64,000 nt of DNA from Octopus bimaculoides (GCF_001194135.2 NC_068987.1:32450697-32514696), one strand, 5' to 3'. Numbered from the stretch's first letter, positions 1 through 13,300 are shown. Notes: generated by a model not told the origin, from the letters alone. Program-made: numbers and translations.

Positions 1-64
1 TATATATATATATATATATATATATTGTTTTTATATGATAAAATAATGAAACTGGTACTTGTTT

Positions 65-892
65 TATCAATTCCAATTGCAATCAGTGCTTAACGATGAA
101 TAATGCAGTGTGTACCAATAGCATCTGTATACGTTTCTTTCGCCAAAGTCTGAAAACCAGAACGACAACCAATCATCACCGGACCACCGTCGGCGCACAC
201 CGCAGTAACACGCTCCCACCTAATACCGTGCGCATTTTTGCAAGTTTGACAAATATTTCCTTTGCAGTCGTCTTGGTACTTAGGCTTTCGTAAAACAAGA
301 ATTCGTCTGCAAGGTGCTTGTCATGTACATAACGAACATAGACGCAAAGTTGGGCTAAGTTGGCCACATTCGTCATTTTATCAAGTTGGATTGCAAAAAA
401 GTTAAACATTGAATTCTGAATTTTCAAGACCACTTGCGACAGAATGTTATCGGACATTTCGGTTATTCGCCAGCTAACAGTATCGTTCGAGAGGGAGGCA
501 TACCTTAGCTTTTGTAATTCAGAACTTCCCAGCACATTCGATATAATATCTTTACAGCAAGGTAATGTCAACGTTTCTCCAATGTTATGGGATTTTTTGG
601 CGGCAGCAATTTTCCTCGAAACTTTATAAGAGGCCTTCAAACCAGCCGTAATGTCATGCGAAACCATCCTCGAGTCACCAAATCTGGATTCAATCAATCT
701 TCCAGTTTTGCGTTTGAAGAAGTCTGCATCTTTGTGAGATGAACTGGGATGCTTAGTTTCCGAGTGTCTCTTTAACTTGCTGGGCTTTAGTGAAGTAGTT
801 GGCAACACTTCGAAGCACAAAACACACTGCGGTTTCTCTTCTTCACCAGAATTTATCACTGCAAAACCGATTTTCAAAATATGATTCGTCAT
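65..892 (-). pseudogene. hAT (Buster/Charlie; ZBED5/FAM200-like) transposase, frameshifted and 3'-truncated
   Basis: ORF 176-892 has a BED-type finger (KPQCVLCFEVL..LKPSKLKRHSETKHP), the KSHNIGETLTLPC motif, and FFAIQLDKMTNVANLAQLCVYVRY with the first catalytic D. A shifted frame at ~65-190 reads VCADGGPVMIGCRSGFQTLAKETYTDAIGTHCIIHR* (second D and the CxxH motif). Confidence 0.92.
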
Positions 893-1869
893 ATCTCATC
901 TTCATTTTTGGAGGCATGCTGAAGGCGAAAACAAAATATAATGTAATAATATATATAATGTAAGATAATGTAGCTATAAACTGAAGACGGACATTTTCAA
1001 TGTACATTACTTAATTAGGCATTTTGAAAATAATTGAACAAACGACAAACATGGAAATATGCACACACAAAATCAAAAATATGCATCAGTTAAAAATCAT
1101 ATTCGGCACTATGATTTTTCACTATTATTTGCGGATAATATCCGGATAAAGTGCTATCTGGAGTTCGAAATTTGGTCACTTCAATTGAATGAATATTAAA
1201 AGAAAAGACTTACCGGAACGAGTGGGGTAACAATCGGTGTCAATGTATACCAAGGAGAGATGTAAACAGAGAAAGAAATGTTCGCAAAACGGTGGTCAAG
1301 TAATTTCTAACTGAATTTTTTAGTAGCCTATAATGATCCCAGTAATTTAGTAGAATGCAAAATCACACTCTGGCAAGAAGATACGTTTGTATTCGAGAGA
1401 AACCTAGTGTATTATGTTTTTCATGCGTGATGCGTGTATGATAACAAAACGTCTATGCACGAGTCATATGAAGGGACCCTGAATGTACTTTAATGGTATG
1501 GGCAAAAGTGGAAGGGATCAGAGAGGTCATATTGATGAAAAACTGAAAGTCGATGATGATAATGATGAACTTTGTAAATACCACAAAGGCGCACTAACTG
1601 AATTCTGGAAGAATTAAGAATTAGGCACTGATGAGAAGAGCAGACGTGAGTAGTCAAGGATGACTAAGGTTATTGTGTCGTTAAGAGAAAGGGTCCTTTG
1701 GCCGAGTTGACTTCGAGGTTACAAACGAGAGATAGGCCACGAAGGTCACGCAATTGAATCAGCGTAACTAAGCCAGAAAAAAATTTACTCAAGAGAAAAC
1801 ATGCAATAAGATCAATAACACAAAAAGAAATGTGAATGATAAGTTTATCCTTCGTTGAATCTCATCACA

Positions 1870-2150
1870 GGAGGATAATCAGATAAACTGCGTGCATTCT
1901 CAATGCAACTTTCGCCAAGGTCACGAGATTAGGTGTTCTTCTTCAGGGCTCTGATGACCTACTTACACCTCGCTCCACTTGTCTGGCAGGCTCTTAGATA
2001 CAGCCTCCGTTGTTATGTTAACAAGTGTACTGCAGTAGTGGTGAAGGTGCTTTTTACAGGCCTTGTTTGAGCTTAACATTTGGACCTTCAATTTGAAGTC
2101 CTCATTAAAGGTTGTTCTGTGACAACTTGGTTTAAGAATTCTCACAGTTC
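1870..2150 (-). mobile_element. Highly decayed LINE (RTE-like) fragment
   Basis: Broken frames read PDKWSEV/VIRALKKNT, resembling the EVxxAIKxLKxxKAPG segment before LINE RT domains. Weak similarity. Confidence 0.3.
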
Positions 2151-2199
2151 AGTAAACACATTTTTGGTCAAATAATGGCTTATAAATGCCCAATAATCA

Positions 2200-2273
2200 G
2201 AGTCGTTTCGCGGTCCCCTAAAATCGCTTCGCAGTCCTCTAGGGGACCGCGGACCCCACTTTGAGAACCTAGG
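2200..2273 (-). mobile_element. hAT/Charlie-type terminal inverted repeat with subterminal palindrome
   Basis: Minus strand reads CCTAGGTTCTCAAAGTGGGGTCCGCGGTCCCCT, close to the Charlie/MER5-like terminus. GCGGTCCCCT (2210-2219) and AGGGGACCGC (2241-2250) are inverted copies. Confidence 0.65.
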
Positions 2274-2274
2274 G

Positions 2275-2850
2275 TTTAGTCTAATGTATGAGTTGGTATG
2301 GTTAGTATGGTGTGAATTAATGTGGGCATCAGAATAATGTGGGTTAGTGTAATAAGGGTTTGTGTTATATATTGTTATATATATTTCAGTCTAATACAGT
2401 CTAATGTAAGTGTGGGTGAATGTAATGTGACTTAATATAATTGCATGTTTGTGAAATATAAGCTTGCCGTTGAACGTAACCTGTAAGCGTCGGTTAGTGT
2501 AATTGTGGCTCAAAATAAATGTAGGTTAGTATTATTGTGAGTTTGTGTAACCTGGTTCTGTCCAATTATGTATTAGAGTAATGCGGGTTACTGAAGGTGT
2601 GTATTAGTGAAATTAGCCTTAGTGTGATATTAGTAAATGTGTGTGTTAGTGTAACGCGAGTTAGTGTAACTGTAGACCAGTATAAGTGAGGATTAATGCA
2701 AATGTGGATTAATGTGTCGGCTGTATCTGTTAGTGTAATGCATACTAGTGTAATTGTGGGTTAGTGCTAATGTGGATTAGTATTAGTGTGCGTAGTGCAA
2801 GTATCTATTAGTGTAGGTGTGAATCACTGAATGTGTACGTTAGTGTATTA
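2275..2850 (+). repeat. Degenerate GTTAGTGTAA(T)-type low-complexity array
   Basis: Recurrent imperfect motifs gttagtgtaa, attagtgtaa and gtgggttagt over ~570 bp. Confidence 0.6.
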
Positions 2851-3150
2851 TTTAGCCGGAACTAGGAACATATACTGTTATACCTTGTGGAACGTAACCA
2901 CGCAAAGAGTACAGAATAATGAAATAATTAAATAAAGTTAGGTATTGATAATTAGCACAACTTCCTATCACACAATCTAGCAGCTGCACATTTGAATACA
3001 TTAACGAAATTGGCAATGCAGAGCTTCGCTAATTAATCCTAGAGGTGATTACATATATCCACGCGCATGCACAAAAACACGCACATAAGTAGGTATATAT
3101 ACCTGCATACGTTGCATATATAATATATAATACAATCGACATAGATACGT

Positions 3151-3184
<34 letters not shown>

Positions 3185-3206
3185 TCATAAGGAAACCTCA
3201 TTCACG

Positions 3207-3239
<33 letters not shown>

Positions 3240-3652
3240 NNNNNNNNNNNNNNNNNNNNNNNNNNNNNNNNNNNNNNNNNNNNNNNNNNNNNNNNNNNNN
3301 NNNNNNNNNNNNNNNNNNNNNNNNNNNNNNNNNNNNNNNNNNNNNNNNNNNNNNNNNNNNNNNNNNNNNNNNNNNNNNNNNNNNNNNNNNNNNNNNNNNN
3401 NNNNNNNNNNNNNNNNNNNNNNNNNNNNNNNNNNNNNNNNNNNNNNNNNNNNNNNNNNNNNNNNNNNNNNNNNNNNNNNNNNNNNNNNNNNNNNNNNNNN
3501 NNNNNNNNNNNNNNNNNNNNNNNNNNNNNNNNNNNNNNNNNNNNNNNNNNNNNNNNNNNNNNNNNNNNNNNNNNNNNNNNNNNNNNNNNNNNNNNNNNNN
3601 NNNNNNNNNNNNNNNNNNNNNNNNNNNNNNNNNNNNNNNNNNNNNNNNNNNN

Positions 3653-3691
<39 letters not shown>

Positions 3692-4056
3692 AATATATAT
3701 ACATATATGTATATATACACACATATATATGCATACATATATAAATATACATATATGCATATATATATACACAATCAAGCGTGCACACTATCGCACACGC
3801 ATCTACAAACATACAAACAAAATTTACAAATGCAAAAATTAAATATTCATACGTCAAGGCTGTTTATTGTTGCATTTTGTTTCATTTGTAAACAAACACA
3901 TACACGCCCTTCCACTCACACACACACTCAGACACATGGATCAGTGAAATGTTCCACAAAAAAAAAAAAAATAAATGAAAATACAGGGAAAACTAATCTG
4001 CAGAATGAAATTCCAAGTGATTGTTTCACGTAACAGATCCTTAGTGTATGTGTGTA

Positions 4057-4112
<56 letters not shown>

Positions 4113-4378
4113 TATGCACGCATACACATACATCAAAACATGTACCAACTTCCTCACTTCTTCTATAACTGTACACGATCTAAGAAATTCTCCTTTTCAT
4201 TGCATCTAGTATAGCTGGAATGTAGATCTCGCTTCTAATAGCACCGTGTGAACCGCTTGACCAATAGTAGTCTAATTTCCGGTAGCCATATTGAACTTCC
4301 TGCATCTCTCCATATGTCTAAATCCGATGAGCTAGAAAAAGCCAAAAATATTAAGTTGCAAATCAAACGGGTTTGAAG

Positions 4379-4404
4379 ACTACTACTACTACTACTACCA
4401 CTAT

Positions 4405-4441
<37 letters not shown>

Positions 4442-4445
4442 ACTG

Positions 4446-4508
<63 letters not shown>

Positions 4509-4512
4509 ATAA
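4379..4512 (+). repeat. (CTA)n/(CTG)n trinucleotide microsatellite
   Basis: Directly visible. Confidence 0.95.
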
Positions 4513-4517
4513 TAATT

Positions 4518-4738
4518 ATAATCCTTTCTACTATAGACCTGAAATTTGAGCGGAGGGGTTAAGTCGACTGCAGTGACCGCAGTAGCAGTATTATTCAACT
4601 GGTACTTCATTTATCGACCCCGAAAGGATGAAAGGCAAAGTCGACCTCGGCAGAATTTGAACTCAGAACGTGATGAAAGACGAAATGCCGCTAAGCACTT
4701 TGCTCAGCGTGCTAACGACTCTGCCAGCTTGTCGCGTT
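4518..4738 (-). mobile_element. tRNA-derived SINE, family A (central GCCTTTCATCCTTTCGGGGTCGATAAA domain, probably Meta-type)
   Basis: Minus strand has head gctggcagagtcgttagc, B-box-like CTGAGTTCAAATTC and the conserved central domain. It matches the other family A copies in the window. Confidence 0.9.
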
Positions 4739-5177
4739 TGACTACTACTACTAACACACNNNNNNNNNNNNNNNNNNNNNNNNNNNNNNNNNNNNNNNNN
4801 NNNNNNNNNNNNNNNNNNNNNNNNNNNNNNNNNNNNNNNNNNNNNNNNNNNNNNNNNNNNNNNNNNNNNNNNNNNNNNNNNNNNNNNNNNNNNNNNNNNN
4901 NNNNNNNNNNNNNNNNNNNNNNNNNNNNNNNNNNNNNNNNNNNNNNNNNNNNNNNNNNNNNNNNNNNNNNNNNNNNNNNNNNNNNNNNNNNNNNNNNNNN
5001 NNNNNNNNNNNNNNNNNNNNNNNNNNNNNNNNNNNNNNNNNNNNNNNNNNNNNNNNNNNNNNNNNNNNNNNNNNNNNNNNNNNNNGTGCCACTCTACTAC
5101 CTTGCTCATTGGCAGGAGCACTAAGTTATATGGAAGTAAGCTAAGCAATACAGGTGGTGAAGCTGGTGTGTGGACAA

Positions 5178-5216
<39 letters not shown>

Positions 5217-5254
5217 CACACACACACACACGCACACACACACACAGAAGTATA

Positions 5255-5410
5255 TACGTATATACATAAACGACGGGCTTCTTTCAATATCTATCAAAAC
5301 CAAATTCATCCACAAGACTTTCGGTCATCCCGATGCTATAGCAGAAAACACCTGCTCAACATGTCATGCCATGGGACTCGAACCCACGTCTCTACAGGTA
5401 GGTTAGGCAC
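5255..5410 (-). mobile_element. CORE-type tRNA SINE, family B, partial
   Basis: acgacgggcttctttc...atccacaagactttcggtc...gctatagcagaaaacacctgctcaac matches family B copies at 17277, 24517 and 34201. Confidence 0.8.
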
Positions 5411-5988
5411 ATGATTCATACGACCCAATGGTTACATGCTATTATTTACAGTGTTACGAAGGAGAAATAACATTATGGATCACGTGACTAATTTGAAGCT
5501 TGCTGCACGTTCTTTTTGTTTTGTGCGTTTTTGCTGCCAGGTGGACGATTTGGATTGGTAAAAGAACGCGCAGTATTAGTTGGTGACGTAAAGAACGCAG
5601 ACTGTGATGTTGGTGACGTAAAGAACGATGAGTATGAAGATGGCAGTGCAAACAAACAGTAAAAACATAGTCATTGTTAAAGGGGCTACGATGAGTCAGT
5701 GTAAAGTTGGCTACGAAAACTGTCGGTGTAAAGATGCGATGTGACAAGTCGAAATGAACCCGGCTGACAAAGAACCACATTACACAAAGTATTACAGTCG
5801 GGTACGACTACTTCCTTTCTAAGCAACTTGGCTTGCTGAGCTGGCCTGCGGTTTCTTAGCTCCTGACTAGACTGTTGGAGCATTTTGCATGTATATGTTT
5901 GGAAGACCAATTCCAAACATGTATCATTTCTTAAATTCTCAAAAGTTTATACATTCTTATGACGTCAATAACACACACACACACAGAC

Positions 5989-6060
<72 letters not shown>

Positions 6061-6081
6061 AAGTATGCGAGTGTGAAATAA

Positions 6082-6680
6082 ACATCAGCGATGCTTTGCA
6101 CTACGCGGAAACTGTAGCAGCCACTCGCAGGTTTGGCAAGCTCTTCTATATTCATTATAACTAGCGGGCCCTTGAATATTTCACAGAATTAATGGTAAAC
6201 TTATTGGGTTATTTTTGAAAACTTTATCCCAAAACTCTGAAAGTGTAGCATGTGTTGTGTCCGTATCAAAAGATAGTCGCACATCTGCTAATCATTGAAA
6301 AGTGAAGGAAATTGGAATACAATGGTTACTTAATGCGCTTTATGTATACATTCAATGCACAATTTTATTGACTTAATACACATTACTCTCCCTTTTTCTC
6401 TCTCACTCTTCGCCTTACCCTAATTTTCTCTCTCCTTAACGGAGTAAAAATCTTACTTAAAAAAAATTACACATTTCATTCATCACCACCTCTCCCTCTC
6501 TTATCCACTCCCTATTTCCCCATCCCCATCTCTATCCTCCTGCCTCCCATGTTTCTCTCTCCCTCCCCTGCCTCCCTTCATGTCACCCTCCCACTTGTCC
6601 ACTCCCCCCTTCAACCAATGATGTGGAAGCGTTACGGACAGGTTAAGTAACAGAGAAACAAACAGAATTATTAAAGGATG
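6082..6680 (+). mobile_element. Possible Helitron/Helentron-derived relic
   Basis: 6082-6164 translates LHYAETVAATRRFGKLF, similar to the Helitron Rep motif YQDAMAIVRxFGKPDLF. It is followed by AACTAG and ends near gttacggacag..acagaattatt, reminiscent of DINE-1/HINE ends. Weak. Confidence 0.3.
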
Positions 6681-6744
6681 CTGGAAACCCTTCCATGTCG
6701 TCAGCCTCTATCTCAGGATTATGTGTGTTTCGCCCCTTAGTCTG

Positions 6745-6873
6745 CATGTCTGCATGCATACATACATACATACATGCATACATACATGCATACATACATG
6801 CATGCATACATACATACATACATGCATGCATACATACATACATACATACATACATACATACATACATACATAC
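6745..6873 (+). repeat. (CATA/CATG)n tetranucleotide microsatellite
   Basis: Directly visible. Confidence 0.95.
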
Positions 6874-7379
6874 AGAGATAAATAGATAGATCGGCAATTA
6901 TGACCGTAGTTTGAAAGTGGTGTGAATTCCAATTAAGCGAAAAAGTACTCAACCGTGCTACGTAGATTAGTAATATTCTATTTATTGAAATCTCTCTGTT
7001 TGAACCTCAGATTTAAATAATTACGCACACAATTATATGTGTGCGACTATGCACGCTATGTTAGAGAGTGAAGTGTGTGCGAGTTTAACATTCGATCATT
7101 AAAGCTATTTCAAATGCCGTTTATGTTTAACTTGGAGTCATGCATTCCCAAGTTCATTAATATTTTAGGACGTTCTTAGCCTGAATATCTGAATAAAATT
7201 GTAGCAATAGTGGTTATCACCGTTTGGAAAGTTATCACCAGTAAATCTAGGTAAATTTTGGTTTGTTGCACGTGAGCCACAATTTTCGGTTCCTGTTTTA
7301 CTATTGATATAATTTCTATTGATCTAATCTATCTACATTAGAAGGCCAAGGATTACGAGAGGAGAAGAGTTTGTCAATA

Positions 7380-7510
7380 TCATGAAAACCAGAAGACTGG
7401 AACGTTATTCTACTGGCAGCTGAGTGATGAAAAGGAAAACTGACATAGTCAATCGGAACAAACATAAGAGGTACTATGCCAGACGATCTAGCGAGTCTGC
7501 CAATCTTCCA
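7380..7510 (-). mobile_element. Old diverged SINE family A copy
   Basis: actggaacgttattctactggcagctgagtgatgaaaagg...gacgatctagcgagtctgccaat aligns loosely with family A. Confidence 0.45.
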
Positions 7511-8037
7511 TCTTATGTTAAGCTTCTAATATGTATTATTTGAATGATTTTATGGATTGTGACTTCGGCGTTTCATCAGTATTTGGCTATGTTAGATTGT
7601 AAGATGCAATCTGCACATGTCATTTGGTTAACTGGGTTTCACAACGGGTAGGAAGGTTTGATATGTGATTGGAGGAAACACCTTTGGGACTGAAATATAA
7701 AAATTAGGTTTTTATGTTTGGTAAAGCAGATTGCTGACTGATTTAATACACAAGAGTACATATAAAGAAGACGACGACTGAAGAAGAAGACGAAGAAAGG
7801 GGGAGGCCGAGGAGGAAGGGGAGGAGGAGGGAAGAAAAGAAGCGGAGCTAGTTTATTTTCAAATTCGATTTAAACATTGCTTCATACCACGTACTCTCAT
7901 AAACGCGTGCGCACACACATAAACATGCACGCGTATTTGAACGTATAATGTATGTATATGATAGCTCATCCGTTGAATTAGACGATGACCAGGCACCAAC
8001 GGTAAAAGGCTAGATTACTATGTAAAATGATGATGAA

Positions 8038-8086
<49 letters not shown>

Positions 8087-8087
<1 letters not shown>

Positions 8088-9106
8088 ATAAATGAAAAGA
8101 AACATAACAAGTAACTGTAGAATAAATGAAAAGAAACATAACAAGTAACTGTAGAATATGTGGAGATGGACAAGAAACAATAAATCATATTATCTCTAGC
8201 TGCCCAGTCCTGGCTAAGAAGGAATATATTCACAGACATGACAGCGCTGATACCTACATACACTGGAAACTATGCCAACACTATGGAATAACAACAGAAA
8301 AAAAATGGTATAAACACACGCCAGAAAAGGTCACAGAAAACGAGAAAGCAACAATAGTCTGGGATATGCCAATACACACAGACAGAGAAATTAAGGCAAA
8401 TAGACCAGATATAGTTGTCAAAGATCATGAAGAAAAAAAATGCTTTCTAATTGATGTATCAATACCAGCAGATGACAACGTTTCTCTAAAAGAAATGGAA
8501 AAACTTTCAAAATACAAAGACCTGGAAATAGAGGCAACTCGAATGTGGAATCTAAAAACAGAAACAATTCCTATNNNNNNNNNNNNNNNNNNNNNNNNNN
8601 NNNNNNNNNNNNNNNNNNNNNNNNNNNNNNNNNNNNNNNNNNNNNNNNNNNNNNNNNNNNNNNNNNNNNNNNNNNNNNNNNNNNNNNNNNNNNNNNNNNN
8701 NNNNNNNNNNNNNNNNNNNNNNNNNNNNNNNNNNNNNNNNNNNNNNNNNNNNNNNNNNNNNNNNNNNNNNNNNNNNNNNNNNNNNNNNNNNNNNNNNNNN
8801 NNNNNNNNNNNNNNNNNNNNNNNNNNNNNNNNNNNNNNNNNNNNNNNNNNNNNNNNNNNNNNNNNNNNNNNNNNNNNNNNNNNNNNNNNNNNNNNNNNNN
8901 NNNNNNNNNNNNNNNNNNNNNNNNNNNNNNNNNNNNNNNNNNNNNNNNNNNNNNNNNNNNNNNNNNNNNNNNNNNNNNNNNNNNNNNNNNNNNNNNNNNN
9001 NNNNNNNNNNNNNNNNNNNNNNNNNNNNNNNNNNNNATACCCAAGGCGCACAGAGCTGCGCTCGGTAGTGAAGTGAAAGCACGTTATAAAAATAAAACTA
9101 CTGAAC
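8087..9106 (+). mobile_element. R4/Dong-like non-LTR retrotransposon, 5'-truncated (CCHC knuckle and restriction-like endonuclease), inserted in (TAA)n; interrupted by an N-gap
   Basis: ORF 8126 onward reads CRICGDGQETINHIISSCPVL (CCHC), RHD, and RPDIVV..CFLIDVSIP..EKLSKY (PD-D..K endonuclease). The 3' UTR ends ..AAAACTACTGAAC followed by (AAT)n. (TAA)n flanks both sides (8039-8085 and 9107-9232). Confidence 0.93.
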
Positions 9107-9234
<128 letters not shown>

Positions 9235-9289
9235 GAAGAAGAAGAAGAAGAAGAAGAATAACAATAATAATAATAAAGCGGAAACAGAC

Positions 9290-11330
9290 GTTAACTGCTT
9301 GTTTATGAATTCTTCTGAACCTGACTGAGCCTCTTCTCGCAGAATATACACTGATGTTCTTTTCGATCAGGATTGCAAAGGTGTAATTTGTTGGCTTCCA
9401 TTTTGGACTCAAACATAGATTTGTAATGAAGCAAATACCTTGGAGCCACTGGTAATACAGTTCATCCGTGCAGACCTATCTCGAACAAGACCATTCTATG
9501 GCTTTGGGTTGATGTTGCAATCTTTTACATCTGCTCTAAGTATATTTTTGTTTCTTTTCAATGATACAACAACACTACACTTCGGCTTGCGGCTCGGAAT
9601 GTAAGATTGTTGTTGGCAGTCTAGGGTTTTGGACTTTGACATGCCCACCCTGATGTAGCCGGATTTGCGAGAAGCTTTGTATCGGAAATTCTATCCTGTC
9701 AATTTATATTTAGAATCACCGTTATGCAAGACACGGAATGAGTAAGTTTTTTTAGCAAGAATTCCAGCAGAATACTGGAGAGTGTGAAAGACGGCAACAT
9801 TGTGAAATTCATTTAATTCTGTTACTAAAATAAATACCTGGGCTACCATAATTTTCCAAAAACTGCGCTCACTTTGCCAATACCCGATAACATCTCAGCA
9901 TTATTGCAAGCATTTGACGGTAGTGGAATCTAAAGATATTCAAAATTATTTACATTTCCTGCTAGGTCTAGTTTACTTTTGTTCCAGGAAGTTGTTGTAT
10001 GCCTTCGCAAATCGACCGGCATATATATGTTGGCCTCATCTTGAGCAAGTAATCCGCAATAATCTCCGAATAGCAGTTTAGACACATACATAACTCTGAA
10101 TTTTATCTGTAAGCAAAATTATGCAAACAAAATTCAAACAATTTACCATCATATTTTGATCCATTTTCAAGTTCAGGTGGAAGTTTTCGTAAGAACTTTT
10201 CTAATAACACAGTAAAAAAACATGATACTGAAGAGGGTGAGTACTAAGACGTAAATCACGTTTCATACAATTTATTACAGAACAACTTCACATATACAGC
10301 TCCACTGTTTCTAACACTCACCAGCATACTACTACAAACTGGCGTACAAGACACACGAAGATGGGTGGAAAACCATATTTAGCAAAGATTCTCCACAAAG
10401 CACCACTATACACGATGTTGTAAGGTGAACAAATATTTTGCTGTTTATATATGTCACCCGCCTCATTGCAAAATATATGTCAGTAATGCCACCTTCTGAA
10501 TGGAAGATACATTGGCTTTCTTGGAGGAGATCGTTATTTATAAGATGGTCAATGGAGGGATTCAGAAGTATTCTTGCCAAGATTTGACGTTTGTAGACAA
10601 GAGAGAAGTGTCAGTATAACTGTTTCATATTACTGTCAGTTATCTTCTTCATTTACAGATGAATAAGTATAGTATCCTTGAATTTCTGAAGAATGACACC
10701 CTTTAACCTCATTATGAAAATAGCTCTGCTTTTCATAAGAGTTCCACTATAATAGGCAAATATTGTAGACAGAATTTAATCTGACTTGGCTGCTTCATTG
10801 AAAAAAGTGATGTTACACTTTCATTGGTTTCGTAAAATTAGGACTTTCTCAGAAGCTGTGTTAATGGGAATCAGCACCAGATTATTAACTGGTTTCTCAT
10901 TTATGTTGGATAGTCTGTTCAGAGCATTTAAAAAGAGTTCAGTTAATTCTTTTATACATTGCTTTTATTTCTGTGATGTGTGCATTTTCATTCGTTCCAA
11001 TATACATTTGTATCTTTTGAATCTTTTCTTCATGAAATGACATGTTTGTTGATTCGGAAGGACGGTGGGATCAACTAGGAATAAATTCTCCGTCACCTCC
11101 AAACAGTGGGTGGATCATGTGACATTGTGTTTTAACAATTGCTGCGGATGAGTGCTTGGTTTTGTTTGGTTTTAACTCCATAGAGTCATGTTTCGTCGAA
11201 GGACAGGTATCTGTTTACCATTGTTGGTGATTAAAACATTTGGTTGGGGCATTAATACTTAGCCTAGTCTATATACCAAGGTTGGTTATAAGATTTAGGC
11301 ACAAAATTTGCAACAACTTCAACCAGTTCC
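9290..11330 (-). mobile_element. Old RTE-clade (BovB-like) LINE, degenerate RT and C-terminal region
   Basis: Broken frames give ILARILLN..LLQESQC, ALWRIFAKYGFPPIFVCLVRQF, YVLVLTLFSIMF, DGKLF, LLFGDYCGLLAQDE (the YADD region), GHVK..PRLP and DCNINPK..RDRS, all collinear with RTE ORF motifs. Confidence 0.88.
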
Positions 11331-11441
11331 ATTGTGATAACCATGAATCGGCTGGGTGCAAAATTTGCTGTTTATATTATGTTGAGTCATTTTCGTTATT
11401 TATGCTCTCTGATCTGCTTCTCTGAATACTTCTACATATGG

Positions 11442-11570
<129 letters not shown>

Positions 11571-12149
11571 AATATACTTATATATACGTATATATATATA
11601 TACATACACTCACGCACACGTAAATATATATAGAGATATATATCTATAAAGAAGAATATACATACATATCCATACGTACACACACACACACACACATCTG
11701 ATGCATGCATATAGATATATATGCGTGTGTATATCTATCTATTGATCCCGCTCTTTCTCTCTCTTTTCCCTCCTCTCTCCCTTCATACACACACACACAT
11801 GTTCTTAAATGGAGAAATGTGAGTACATGTGTTGAAGTTATGTACGCTAAAATGTGTACACAGAAGCATACAAACACACACACATACACACACACATACA
11901 CACACACATACACAACCAAATAAATCATGTATATTCATATTACAAATCAAACTGACACGTAAATTCTTAACATGATGAGGAATGAGTGTAGGAGAAAGGT
12001 TGTTGCTTTAAGAAGATTCCAGAAAAAATATAGAAATGTACTTTTTAGTAAACGTGGTTGAGAGGGGTCAAAATGGGAGTTGATATATGCTTTTAAGAGC
12101 TTAATGATCGTCAGAAAAAAGTAGTATGTCAACAATCGCTATAAGAAAT

Positions 12150-13015
12150 GCTTCTGCTGCTGCTGCTGCTGCTATATCCGATTCTGCATCCTCCATCTCC
12201 ATCACTTCTGTCATCATCATCATCATTATCACCACTACTACCACCACACTCAGGATTACTATCACCATCATCACAGCTAACATTACTATCACCACTACCA
12301 CCTTCCACCATCAACACCATCAAAACTACCACCGCCGCTGCAGCCCCTGCTGCTGCTACTGCTACTGCCACAACCACAACCTCCACAACCACCACCACCA
12401 CCACCACTACCACCACTACAACTAAAACAATCACACAACTACAACCACCGCAATCACCACCACCGCAACCATCACCAGCACAACTACCACAACCACTACC
12501 ACAAGCACCACCACCACCACCACAACAACAACCACCACAGATACCACAACCACCATAACCACCACCACCAGCAGCNNNNNNNNNNNNNNNNNNNNNNNNN
12601 NNNNNNNNNNNNNNNNNNNNNNNNNNNNNNNNNNNNNNNNNNNNNNNNNNNNNNNNNNNNNNNNNNNNNNNNNNNNNNNNNNNNNNNNNNNNNNNNNNNN
12701 NNNNNNNNNNNNNNNNNNNNNNNNNNNNNNNNNNNNNNNNNNNNNNNNNNNNNNNNNNNNNNNNNNNNNNNNNNNNNNNNNNNNNNNNNNNNNNNNNNNN
12801 NNNNNNNNNNNNNNNNNNNNNNNNNNNNNNNNNNNNNNNNNNNNNNNGCCGCCGCTGCCGCCGCTGCCGCCGCTGCCGCCGCTACCGCCGGTGCCGCTAT
12901 CACCCCCGCCGTCACCGCTGCCATCGCCGTCAACATTACTATTACGGCCATCATCATTTTCGACAAAATCTACCCCTAAAACCAGTAACAACCCCACCAG
13001 CACTGTTATCACTAT
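12150..13015 (+). repeat. Compound triplet low-complexity tract (GCT/CAT/CAC/GCC) spanning an N-gap
   Basis: Directly visible. It produces the poly-A, -H, -T, -P and -V pseudo-ORFs. Confidence 0.9.
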
Positions 13016-13104
13016 GAAAACCCCATGGCCTGCAGGTCATCACTATTGTATATTTAAATGGATCTCCATCTCTGTCAAACAAAAAAGATCCTTACCGTGC
13101 ATTA

Positions 13105-13300
13105 TGTTCATAAGGCCAGTTCCCGGATCCTGTGGCGTGTATATTACGTCCTTATGGATGGGACGTCGGGCCGTCGCAGGATCATTCATTTTTGCCAACT
13201 GAGTGAACTGGAACAATGTGAAATAAAGTGCATTGCTGTATAGGAATCGGACCCACAATCTTAGATCATGAGTGCAACACCCTAACCACCAAGCCACTTC
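13105..13300 (-). mobile_element. tRNA-headed CORE-like SINE, family D
   Basis: Minus strand reads tggcttggtggttagggtgttgcactcatgatctaagattgtgggtccgattcc (A and B boxes), then gcactttatttcacattgttccagttcactcagttggcaaaaatg, then a distinct tail. Confidence 0.75.

Noticed and set aside
65-892. Domesticated ZBED5/FAM200-like host gene
   Set aside because: Frameshift before the second catalytic Asp, an in-frame stop after HCIIHR, and truncation at (TA)n.
10147-10620. Apparent host exons on both strands (e.g. + YYYKLAYKTHEDGWKTIF, Fn3-like, with good splice sites; ORF 10332-10580)
   Set aside because: The minus strand aligns collinearly with RTE reverse-transcriptase motifs across 2 kb, so the splice-like sites are coincidental.
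12126-13012. Poly-His, -Thr, -Pro and -Ala ORFs
   Set aside because: Triplet microsatellites that are open on both strands and span a gap.
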